Part shown: piece by piece, positions 56,495 to 64,000 of the stretch
How positions within the stretch are numbered: position 1 is the first letter of the stretch
Layout: every line of letters starts with the position of its first letter
DNA from: Thermoanaerobaculia bacterium
Lineage (GTDB): Bacteria; Acidobacteriota; Thermoanaerobaculia; Multivoradales; JAHZIX01
Assembly: GCA_027069135.1 (NCBI GenBank)
Contig: JALXFE010000492.1
Span: 1,542 to 65,541, forward strand
Direction of reading: 5' to 3'
Length of the DNA stretch: 64,000 bases
Position numbers and translations under genes: made by a program
Notes under the pieces: generated by a model
What the model was told of the DNA's origin: nothing
Seen by the model: only the letters and a program-made list of their open reading frames with translations
Database searches by the model: none

Positions 56495-57181
56495 TCAGGC
56501 GTATTTGCGCATCAAGCCGACGACGATGCCCTGAATCTTGACGCTCTCAGCGGGGACCAGAAGCGGCGCCATCCTCGGGTTGGACGGTTGTAGACGCACC
56601 ATTTGCCCTTCGGGGTAGAAGCGCTTGAGAGTGGCTTCGTCCTCCACCAAGGCGACCACCATATCGCCGGACTCCGCGCCATCCCGCTGGAGGACGACGA
56701 CCAAATCCCCTTCCTGGATCCCCTCGTCGATCATCGAGTCCCCCACGACGCGCAAGACGTAGTGGCTCCCCATTCGTCGACTCAGCAAATGCTCGGGCAC
56801 CTCGAGGCTCTCGTTCCCGGCGACGGCCTCGATGGGACGGCCCGCGGCAATACGACCGAAGAAAGGCAACTCTCTCCCGGAATCCTCGGCGCTCGGCTTG
56901 GTCAGCTGAATACCTCGTTTCTGGTTCCAGTCCCGGGTCAGATATCCCTTTTGCTCGAGCAATTTGAGATGCTTGTAGACCGTCCCATAGGACGAATATC
57001 CGAAGCGTTCGCAAATCTCACGGTGGGTTGGAGCAATTCCGTTGCGGCGCTGATAGTCTTCGATGAAATCGAGAATCGCCTTCTGGCGCTCGGTGAGATA
57101 TTGGGCCCTTGTTCCGGGAGCCCGTGTTGTGGGAGCCCTTGTTCCGGGAACCCGTGTTGTGGGAGCTTTTGTTCTGACCAT
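56495..57181 (-). CDS. lexA: LexA repressor with N-terminal pentapeptide-repeat extension
   Basis: wHTH LTERQKAILDFIEDYQRRNGIAPTHREICERFGYSSYGTVYKHLKLLEQKGYL. S24 peptidase with the Ala-Gly cleavage region and Ser/Lys dyad (VVGDSMIDEGI ... MVALVEDEATLKRF). N-terminus MVRTKAPTTRVPGTRAPTTRAPGTRAQ. Confidence 0.85.
   Translation of the reverse strand: MVRTKAPTTRVPGTRAPTTRAPGTRAQYLTERQKAILDFIEDYQRRNGIAPTHREICERFGYSSYGTVYKHLKLLEQKGYLTRDWNQKRGIQLTKPSAEDSGRELPFFGRIAAGRPIEAVAGNESLEVPEHLLSRRMGSHYVLRVVGDSMIDEGIQEGDLVVVLQRDGAESGDMVVALVEDEATLKRFYPEGQMVRLQPSNPRMAPLLVPAESVKIQGIVVGLMRKYA
57104..57178. repeat. 15-bp tandem repeat (~5 copies; consensus ccYtgttSYgggaRc) at the 5' end of lexA
   Basis: cccttgttccgggagcccgtgttgtgggagcccttgttccgggaacccgtgttgtgggagcttttgttctgacc. 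Encodes TKAPT/TRVPG/TRAPT/TRAPG units. Contains the palindrome GTTCCGGGAAC. Confidence 0.6.
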
Positions 57182-57229
57182 GGCTGGATTCTAGGCGGTA
57201 AGAGAGCGTAAGTCAAGAGAGCTAAACCT

Positions 57230-58516
57230 ATGTCCGTCCCCGCCAGCCGACTACAAGTAGATCGTCGCCAGCTCCCCAACGGCCTCAAGGTCAACCTTCA
57301 TCGGGATCCTAGCCTGCCTCTGGTCGCCATCAACCTCTGGTACCACGTAGGGTCCAAGAACGAGCGTCCCGGGCGTACGGGATTCGCCCACCTCTTCGAG
57401 CATATGTTGTTCCAGGGTAGCCAACATATCGATACCAACGGTCATTTCCAGTCTGTCCAGCAGGTCGGCGGTATCGTCAACGGTTCCACCTGGTACGACC
57501 GCACGAATTATTACGAGACCCTACCCGCCTCCCATCTCGGCCTCGGGCTGTGGTTGGAGAGCGACCGCATGGGTTTCCTCCTGCCGGCGATGACTCCCGA
57601 GAAGTTGGAAAATCAGCGCAATGTGGTGATGAACGAGCGGCGCCAACGAATCGACAACCGTCCTTATGGCATTGCCCACGAACGGCTCCACGAGCTTCTC
57701 TACCCTGCCGATCACCCCTACCATTGGCCGGTCATCGGATATATGGAGGATATCGCCGCAGCCACCATGGAGGATGTCCAGAGCTTCTTCCGCACGTACT
57801 ACGCGCCCAACAATGCGGTGCTGACTCTCGCCGGCGACTTCGAGTCTGAATCGGCGTTCCGCCAGATCGAAGATTATTTCGGCCCCATCGCTTCCGCCCC
57901 GCTCCCGGATCCGCCCCGGCCTACCCTCGCCCCCATGACCGGGGAGCGCAGAGACGAGATCGCCGATGAAATCTTGCTGTCGAGGGTCTACATCGCGTTC
58001 CACGCCCCCGCCTACGGCCACCGTCTCTGGTACGCCGCGGACCTGTTGACGACCGCTTTGACCGGCGGCAAGTCGAGCCCCCTCTATCAGGATCTCGTCT
58101 ACCGGCGGGAAATCGCTCAGGACATCTCCATGAGTTTGCTCCCCACGGAGCTCTCTTCGATGCTTTACGTGGTGGCCACCTGCAAACCGGGGGTCTCCCC
58201 GGCGATCCTGGAGGAGGCGATCCTCGAGCATCTTGCCGAGGCTGCGACTCGGGTGATCCCTGCGGAGCATCTGGAAAGGGCCCGCAACCAGGTTCTCAAC
58301 AGCTTTTACCGCAATCTCCAGGCCCTCGATCGGAGGGCGGATGCGATGTCCGAGTTCACGGTCTATTTCGACGACCCGGAGGGGGTCAACGACGAGGCTC
58401 GAAGCTACCTCGACCTCAGCCCCCAGGACCTCCTGGACTACGCCTCGAAGTATTGGCTGCCCAAGCAGAAAGCGGTCGTCACTTTCGTTCCAAAAAACGG
58501 AGAGTCGTCTCCATGA
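57230..58516 (+). CDS. M16 family zinc metallopeptidase (pitrilysin-like), active subunit
   Basis: Inverted zinc motif HLFEHMLFQGS (HxxEH) plus downstream Glu. 428 aa. Confidence 0.85.
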   Translation: MSVPASRLQVDRRQLPNGLKVNLHRDPSLPLVAINLWYHVGSKNERPGRTGFAHLFEHMLFQGSQHIDTNGHFQSVQQVGGIVNGSTWYDRTNYYETLPASHLGLGLWLESDRMGFLLPAMTPEKLENQRNVVMNERRQRIDNRPYGIAHERLHELLYPADHPYHWPVIGYMEDIAAATMEDVQSFFRTYYAPNNAVLTLAGDFESESAFRQIEDYFGPIASAPLPDPPRPTLAPMTGERRDEIADEILLSRVYIAFHAPAYGHRLWYAADLLTTALTGGKSSPLYQDLVYRREIAQDISMSLLPTELSSMLYVVATCKPGVSPAILEEAILEHLAEAATRVIPAEHLERARNQVLNSFYRNLQALDRRADAMSEFTVYFDDPEGVNDEARSYLDLSPQDLLDYASKYWLPKQKAVVTFVPKNGESSP

Positions 58517-59883
58517 GCCCGACTTCTTTGACGGTCGATCGAAGCCAAGCGCCGCCGCCGGGACGGGATCGGCCGTTTCGCTTCCCGACCTTTCATCGCC
58601 GGACCCTCGGCCCCGACCTGGAGCTCTTCGTCGCGCAGATTCCCCGAGTCCCCCTCGTGCGCTTAGACCTGTTCACTCCGGCCGGGGGCCACTTCGATCC
58701 GCGGGATCAACCGGGATTGGCGGCCTCCATGGCAGATATGTTGGACGAGGGGAACCACGCCAAGACAGCTCCTCAAATCGCCGCGGCGACAGAGCGTCTG
58801 GGGGGAAGCATCTCCACCGGAGCCGGCTGGAATTCGACGTTTGCCAGCGCATCCATGCTGTCGAGGGATCTTGAGCACGGTGCCGAGCTCCTTGCTGAGA
58901 TCGTCCGGACGGCGACGTTCCCCGTAGAGGAGCTCGAACGACAACGCCAGAAACGACTCGCCGACCTGCTCCAACAACGCAACGACCCACGCTCCCTGGC
59001 GGGCAAACGCTTCTCCCGGGTCGTGTTCGACGGCACCCCCTACGGCTCACCGCTAGGCGGCACCGAAAAGAGTCTTCGCACAGTTTCTCAGCCAGCTTTG
59101 GTCGATTTCTATGATCGCTACTTCCCCACTGGCGGCAGCCGGATCGTGGCGGTCGGGGATCTGGACCCGGAAGAAATTACCGACCTGGCCGGCACCCTCT
59201 TCGGCGATTTCTTTCATGGCCCCCGTCCGGAGCTGCCAAGCTTCGAGGTCCAACCCTTGGAAGCTACCGAGGTTCATATCGTCGACCGCCCCGGGGCGGC
59301 CCAGACGGAGCTCCTGCTCGGTCACGCGGGCATTTGTCGCCGCCACCCGGACTTCGCCTCGATCCTGGTGATGAACAGTCTTCTCGGCGGCAAATTCACC
59401 AGCCGTATCAACCTCAATCTTCGGGAGCGCCACGGATATACCTATGGCGCCTACAGCCAATTCATGGGCCGCCTAGGCCCCGGCCCCTTCACGATCTCCA
59501 CCGCCGTAGGCACCGAAGTCACCGCCGCTGCCGTGAGAGAGATCTTCGTGGAGATACGGCGCATCCAGCAGGAGAGGGTGACCGAAGAGGAGCTCGCCCA
59601 CACCAAGAGCTACCTCCGAGGCATCTTCGCCCAGCAGCTGCAAACCGTCGACGACCTTGCCTTCCGCCTCGGTACCCTCGCCGTCTACGATCTGCCGGAC
59701 GACTACTTCGACCAGTATTTCCGCCGCATCGAAGAGACCGACCGCCAACAGGTCCTAACGCTGGCCCAGGAATACTTACACCCGGACCGAATGGCGATCA
59801 TCGCCGTCGGCCCCGCCGTAGAGCTCATGCATCAATTGAAAGACCTGGGATCGGTACGCGTCTGGAGCTCCGAAGACGATTGA
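58513..59883 (+). CDS. M16 family peptidase, second (probably non-catalytic) subunit
   Basis: M16 fold features (e.g. IVAVGDLDPEEI; GAYSQFMGRLGPGPF) but no HxxEH motif. ATGA overlap with the upstream M16 gene. Confidence 0.7.
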   Translation: MSPTSLTVDRSQAPPPGRDRPFRFPTFHRRTLGPDLELFVAQIPRVPLVRLDLFTPAGGHFDPRDQPGLAASMADMLDEGNHAKTAPQIAAATERLGGSISTGAGWNSTFASASMLSRDLEHGAELLAEIVRTATFPVEELERQRQKRLADLLQQRNDPRSLAGKRFSRVVFDGTPYGSPLGGTEKSLRTVSQPALVDFYDRYFPTGGSRIVAVGDLDPEEITDLAGTLFGDFFHGPRPELPSFEVQPLEATEVHIVDRPGAAQTELLLGHAGICRRHPDFASILVMNSLLGGKFTSRINLNLRERHGYTYGAYSQFMGRLGPGPFTISTAVGTEVTAAAVREIFVEIRRIQQERVTEEELAHTKSYLRGIFAQQLQTVDDLAFRLGTLAVYDLPDDYFDQYFRRIEETDRQQVLTLAQEYLHPDRMAIIAVGPAVELMHQLKDLGSVRVWSSEDD

Positions 59884-60047
59884 GCTCGCCGGCGAGGGTG
59901 CCACCGAGGCGAGCCTCTAGCGCAGCTCCCGCGGGAGGCTTGCCGAGGCCTGTGACACAAAGAGCATGGCTGGTCCCAGCCGAACGTTGTTGCCCCTGAG
60001 CGGCGCTGCGAAGTGGCGACCGCACGAGCAGCGGTTTCTACGGCCTC

Positions 60048-60242
60048 TCATGCGAATTGCAAGCGTCTACCCTTCGGCTCCGGAACAAGTCGTCCGAATT
60101 CCTCGGCTGTATTGATCCAAAGGTCGATCGCCTTGGCCGGAATAGGCAGGCAGTTCGCCAGGGCAGAATCCGCGCTATCCCCCATGGGCCGTGCAACCTG
60201 GAAGCTCCGGTACCTCAGCGATGAAGGCACCGTCTTCTTCAC
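60048..60242 (-). CDS. Small hypothetical protein (64 aa), possible partner of the upstream HicA-like gene
   Basis: 4-bp overlap with the HicA-like ORF. Lower-GC DNA. No recognisable motif. Confidence 0.2.
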   Translation of the reverse strand: MKKTVPSSLRYRSFQVARPMGDSADSALANCLPIPAKAIDLWINTAEEFGRLVPEPKGRRLQFA

Positions 60243-60529
60243 TCCAATAGATGATGATCTCGTATTTCTACACCAGTCATTGCTCCCGAGTCCCTATCGC
60301 AACAGGATTCTACGGACTTGACGTACCTGGGGTACGGCTTGGCCCTGTTGCCCTCGCGTCGCAGATTGATGAGCTCTTCCACTCCAGGCTTGATGAAGCC
60401 ATGGTGACACCCGCTGGTCCGTTCCTCAAAGCCAAGGCTCCGCAGTAGGTTGCAGAGGTCTCCAAACCGGATGTCCGCGTCCGATCGACCTCGGAGGACC
60501 CGCCACAGGAGCTTCTCTTGCCTCGCCAC
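60239..60529 (-). CDS. HicA-like (YcfA-family) toxin, divergent
   Basis: Segment DLCNLLRSLGFEERTSGCHHGFIKPG ... YVKSV parallels the HicA core (LL..GW...R..GSHH.F.KPG...VKSIL). GTG start. Extra N- and C-terminal residues. Low confidence. Confidence 0.35.
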   Translation of the reverse strand: MARQEKLLWRVLRGRSDADIRFGDLCNLLRSLGFEERTSGCHHGFIKPGVEELINLRREGNRAKPYPRYVKSVESCCDRDSGAMTGVEIRDHHLLE

Positions 60530-60705
60530 GCGGCCAGTCTAGCAACGGCGGGAAGGTTCGGGTCGGAGTGATGGGAGGGGAGCTCTCCGCGGTTCCCACA
60601 GGCCGCTGCAACGGATACTTCTCTACTCGGCTGCCGCCTTCTCCGCCGCCTGCTCGGAGCTCACGGGCGGCGGGCCGTCAAGCCCGGCGCCCGCACAATG
60701 AGCGG

Positions 60706-60960
60706 TTAGCTAGCGCGCAGGATTTCCTCGCGAACGACTCGTCGGAGCGTCTCTTCCAAGGGCTCCGTTGCTCTCTGAATATGCTCCCGAAGAGCGCTAT
60801 TCATAAGCGTCTGGTAGTTGCCACCACCAGCCTCTTCAACCTGGTTGCGAAACCAAGCCAGCACATCATCGTCGATTCGGATCGTGATCCGTGTCTTACC
60901 CTTCGCCACCGGGACTACCGGACCACGCTTTCCCCTGGAGAAGTCGTATTCTTTTCGCAT
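60706..60960 (-). CDS. brnA: BrnA antitoxin (CopG/RHH-like)
   Basis: TRITIRIDDDVLAWFRNQVEEAGGGNYQTLMNSALREHI matches the BrnA pattern (lRlD.DvL.WFk ... GYQT.iN.aLReyv). Start codon abuts the brnT stop. Confidence 0.7.
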   Translation of the reverse strand: MRKEYDFSRGKRGPVVPVAKGKTRITIRIDDDVLAWFRNQVEEAGGGNYQTLMNSALREHIQRATEPLEETLRRVVREEILRAS

Positions 60961-61229
60961 CTAGCCTTCCTCGTACCGTCGGCGCTCCCGCCCCACCGCC
61001 TCGCGTGCTGAGATCAACCTGATCCTCTCGCCACACCAGGTGTAGACCACGACGAGTAACCTGCCCAGCGGTTCGCTGCCGACCGTAATGAACCGCTCCT
61101 CCGATTCTGAATGGGGATCGCTGACGGTGAGCGCCAGTTCATCCTCGAAGACGCCGACAGCATCTGGAAACGCGATGCCATGCTTCCCCGGTTCTTCCTA
61201 GCTTTCTCAGGATCCCATTCGTACCGCAC
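60961..61229 (-). pseudogene. brnT: brnT toxin gene (DUF497) disrupted by a -1 frameshift in a CCGGGG run
   Basis: Frame A gives the conserved BrnT N-terminus MRYEWDPEKARKN and then nonsense (ORF 61014..61229). Shifting frame at ~61188 gives PGKHGIAFPDAVGVFEDELALTVSDPHSESEERFITVGSEPLGRLLVVVYTWCGERIRLISAREAVGRERRRYEEG and ends at TAG 60961-60963, immediately before the brnA ATG. Confidence 0.65.
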
Positions 61230-61400
61230 TCAGTCATCGTACAGACATTTGTACACAACGGCAAGCCAGGACGATGCCCGCCGACAGCGAATGACCACGG
61301 CGTCACCTAGCAGCCAAAAGCGAAGCGAGGAACGAGCGGCGCTCTTGGCCGTCCGTGTGCATGCGTTTGTTAGGCCAAAGCCATGGCAAACGGCACCGCT

Positions 61401-61688
61401 TCATGCAGCCGGAGAAATGGTGACCTTCAAACCCAAAGCCTTGGCCACCTTGGTTACCGTGGCAAAGCTAGGATTGCCATCGGGAGAAAGGGCCTTATAT
61501 AGCCCAGCTCTTGTCATTCCTACGTCCTTTGCGAGTTTGCTTATATTTCGAGCACGAGCAATATCGCCAAGGGCTGCAGCGATAAGTGCGGGATCGCCGT
61601 CTTCCTGACAGGCCTCCAAATAGAGGCGGATATCTTCCTTCGTTTCCAGATAGTCCGCCGTGTCATAGCGGCTAAATTTCTCACCCAT
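61401..61688 (-). CDS. HigA-like 'addiction module antidote' HTH protein (orphan)
   Basis: MGEKFSRYDTADYLETKEDIRLYLEACQEDGDPALIAAALGDIARARNISKLAKDVGMTRAGLYKALSPDGNPSFATVTKVAKALGLKV is the typical sequence pattern of the antidote partner of RelE/HigB-like 'killer' proteins. Confidence 0.65.
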   Translation of the reverse strand: MGEKFSRYDTADYLETKEDIRLYLEACQEDGDPALIAAALGDIARARNISKLAKDVGMTRAGLYKALSPDGNPSFATVTKVAKALGLKVTISPAA

Positions 61689-61976
61689 ATCTCAACCCTC
61701 CCACTCAGCAGCAATCTTTCTGGCTTTGGTGACAACTATCCTGACACAGGGGGTCTTCCTGATTGTGCATCATCGCGCGGCGCTCGTGCTCACCGCTCAG
61801 AGTGAAGAACTCTCGACGTGCTTCTCCAGAAGCGTTTTCGAACCTGATCCAGCCACTCCCTAGGGTGGTGTCAATTGCGTCGCCTCGTTCTCTTTGGCGA
61901 TTTAGCAGCCCGTGGCAAGAGTCGAACGGCGCTCCGAGCCGTCACTCCCGCGGCATTCAAGGGGAGGAGCCGCGCT

Positions 61977-63962
61977 TTAGCGCAGATTCACTTCGGTCCG
62001 CCCCTCGCCGTCGACTCGAATCTCCAACCGGCGGGCGCTGCCGGCGCGGAAGCTGCCCTCCAGTTGCCGGACTTCGGTCGGCCGATTGCGGGCTCCGGAG
62101 ACATAGACCCGGAGGGTGTGGGAACCGGGGGAAACCTTGAGGGTCTTGCGAAACCGCCCCGTCTCGGCCTTCGAACGCCGAAACAGCCGCCCCTTCTCCC
62201 CAAACCGGAAAGACTCCCGCAGCAACTGGGCTTCGTCGAGGTAGATGAGCAGGACCCCGCGCTGGAGATCGCTCACCAGGTGTACTGCCAAGGTGGCCTC
62301 CTGGGGAACGACGGCCTCTTGCTGGTCCACGGTCGGTGCCACCGGCGAGGGAACCTCTACCGGCGGCGGGGGAGGGGGAAGGGCCCGAGGTCTCGCCGGG
62401 CGGAGGCGGACCGAGGACCCGCGGTCTCCCAGTTCCGCAAGCAGCCGGATCGCTTCTTCGTTCCCCGGATCCAAAGCCAGGGCCTCGAACACCGCCTCGC
62501 GAGCGTCACGCATCTTCCTCGCTTCGTAGGCCTCCTGGGCTATCCCAAATTTTTCTGCCGACGCCGACGCAAGAAGGTGATGGGCACGGCTTTCTTCCCG
62601 CCGCCATTCGGCCTTTTCCAAGGCCTCCGCGCTCGTCGCATCCAGGTTCTCGAGGGTCTCGAGGTCTGCTGCCAAAGACCGAGCCACGGTCTCCTTCCCC
62701 TCCGCCAAGAATTTCTCCTGCTGGGTACGTAGCTCCTCCCGACGGGAGTCCAACATGCGGCGAGCTTCCTGAAAGCGGTCGACGGCAGAGATTGGCTGGC
62801 CCTGCTCCAACTCCTGAGCCCCAGCCACCATCAGGCCGGAAAACGCGCTGGCCCACTGCATCCGCTGGGATTCCAGAGTCTCCTGAAGACCGGGCCGGAG
62901 CTGCCTTTGGGCCATCATCACCCCCACCAACCCCAAGGCCAGGAGCACGGCACCGGCGACGACGTAGGCGGCGACCCGGCGGCGGGGCGGACGGGATTCC
63001 GGAGGCAAGGCCTTCCGGAGGAGCGTCCTCGTTTGGTCGAGCACTCCATCCAATTGCTGTCGCCACTCTCCGGATTTCGCGGCCGACGGTAGCGGTGGCG
63101 CCAGCGGTACCGAAGACGGCTGGGTGTCCTCGCTGCCGACCGGGGGCCGAGGAAGCGGAGGCGAACTCGGCGGGTTACTGAGCTGCGCTGCCACATCCTG
63201 GGTATCGTTGAGGGCGTCCGGGGAGGGCGAAGGCGGTGGACCGATGGCAGCCCGTAGATCCTCGGCCAAAGTCGTAGCGTCGGGATACCGGTCCTCGGGT
63301 TTCTTCGCCAGCGCCTTCGACAACACCGCCCGCAGCTCCACCGGAAAATTCTGGACGTACTGCTCCGGAGCCTCGAACTCCTCGTAGACGATGCGATGGG
63401 TCACCATCGTCAGATTGTCGCCCTGGAAAGGCTTGCGCCGGGTCAGCAGCTCGTAGACCAGAACCCCCAGGGAAAACAGATCCGCTCGATGATCGACTTC
63501 GCCGCCGCGGATCTGCTCCGGGGCCATGTAGTTCGGTGTGCCCAACAACTGGCCGGCATGGGTGAGGTTGGAAGCGTTGAAACGGGCGATTCCAAAATCC
63601 GTGATCTTCGCCTCGTTCTCTTCCGTCAGCAGGATATTCGCCGGCTTGACGTCCCGGTGAATCACCCCACGGGAGTGGGCATAATCCAACCCCGCGGCGA
63701 TCTGCTCGACGACGGAAATCACGAATTCCGGAGCGAAGCTCTCACTCTGCTGAATCAACTGTTTGAGATTCGTGCCCCGCACATACTCCATCGCCATGAA
63801 CGCGGATTCCGTCTCCGGCAGCTCGACGACGTCGTGCAGGGTAACGACATTGGGGTGGTTGAGCATGCCGCAGCTCTGAGCCTCGCGAAGAAAGCGCTCC
63901 CGGAACTGCTGCCGGTCCCGAGCGTCCACATCTCGGCTCACGTGAAAGGTCTTGAGCGCCAC
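61977..63962 (-). CDS. Ser/Thr protein kinase (Hanks-type) with TM segment and C-terminal extracytoplasmic domain
   Basis: Catalytic loop HRDVKPANILL. DFGIA. APE (YMAPEQ). Pro-rich linker. TM VAAYVVAGAVLLALGLVGVMMA. 661 aa. Confidence 0.85.
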   Translation of the reverse strand: MALKTFHVSRDVDARDRQQFRERFLREAQSCGMLNHPNVVTLHDVVELPETESAFMAMEYVRGTNLKQLIQQSESFAPEFVISVVEQIAAGLDYAHSRGVIHRDVKPANILLTEENEAKITDFGIARFNASNLTHAGQLLGTPNYMAPEQIRGGEVDHRADLFSLGVLVYELLTRRKPFQGDNLTMVTHRIVYEEFEAPEQYVQNFPVELRAVLSKALAKKPEDRYPDATTLAEDLRAAIGPPPSPSPDALNDTQDVAAQLSNPPSSPPLPRPPVGSEDTQPSSVPLAPPLPSAAKSGEWRQQLDGVLDQTRTLLRKALPPESRPPRRRVAAYVVAGAVLLALGLVGVMMAQRQLRPGLQETLESQRMQWASAFSGLMVAGAQELEQGQPISAVDRFQEARRMLDSRREELRTQQEKFLAEGKETVARSLAADLETLENLDATSAEALEKAEWRREESRAHHLLASASAEKFGIAQEAYEARKMRDAREAVFEALALDPGNEEAIRLLAELGDRGSSVRLRPARPRALPPPPPPVEVPSPVAPTVDQQEAVVPQEATLAVHLVSDLQRGVLLIYLDEAQLLRESFRFGEKGRLFRRSKAETGRFRKTLKVSPGSHTLRVYVSGARNRPTEVRQLEGSFRAGSARRLEIRVDGEGRTEVNLR

Positions 63963-64000
63963 CCGCCGGTTGAGGGCTGGGTCCTGCGCCAGGTAGACGA

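Noticed and set aside
60013-60321. 102-aa plus-strand ORF in the lower-GC island
   Set aside because: Low-complexity translation, overlaps the better-supported HicA-like minus-strand ORF pair. Probably non-coding.
61541-61735. 64-aa minus-strand ORF upstream of the HigA-like gene as the missing RelE/HigB-like killer
   Set aside because: It overlaps the antidote gene out of frame, starts from a TTG, and shows no similarity to killer proteins (no ...GPGYR... core). Treated as spurious.

Overview
High-GC (~65%) bacterial chromosomal segment, densely coded on both strands. The gene repertoire suggests an Acidobacteriota-like organism, but this is an inference from gene content only: CadC-like winged-helix/TolB-propeller fusion regulator, VWFA-related domain protein, DUF885, BlaI/BlaR1-TPR, two ECF sigma/anti-sigma pairs, TPR proteins throughout. 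Clear housekeeping genes are gap (GAPDH), tRNA-Pro(CGG), lexA, a fadD/fadB-like pair, an M16 peptidase pair, a POT peptide transporter, a di-heme cytochrome c peroxidase and a chorismate mutase/prephenate dehydratase fusion. Two stretches look most worth follow-up. (a) A MamK-family actin gene is translationally coupled to a membrane-anchored Amidase_3 cell-wall amidase, with no other magnetosome genes in the window. (b) A long minus-strand cluster runs POT transporter -> giant (~2440 aa) beta-helix/Ig-like repeat surface protein with an unusual internal TM-hairpin/sorting-signal-like segment -> three tandem phage-tail-collar-domain paralogs -> SAM methyltransferase. Other notable items: a P-protein with a C-terminal DAHP-synthase-like domain whose catalytic motifs are not evident; a RodZ neighbourhood with two 'NPR'-repeat paralogs, a J-domain/TPR protein and a PP2C phosphatase; a protein with a GreA-like C-terminal domain; a PilT-like ATPase with a C-terminal coiled coil; a ~165-bp tandem duplication of a gene 3' end plus terminator hairpins; and a lower-GC toxin-antitoxin 'graveyard' (frameshifted brnT with intact brnA, orphan HigA-like antidote, HicA-like pair) near the 3' end. 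No CRISPR array, rRNA or obvious transposase was found. Many large antisense ORFs in the six-frame track (for example 18230..22003 +) are GC-driven artefacts inside real genes. Coordinates of features not taken from the ORF track may be off by +/-2 nt.
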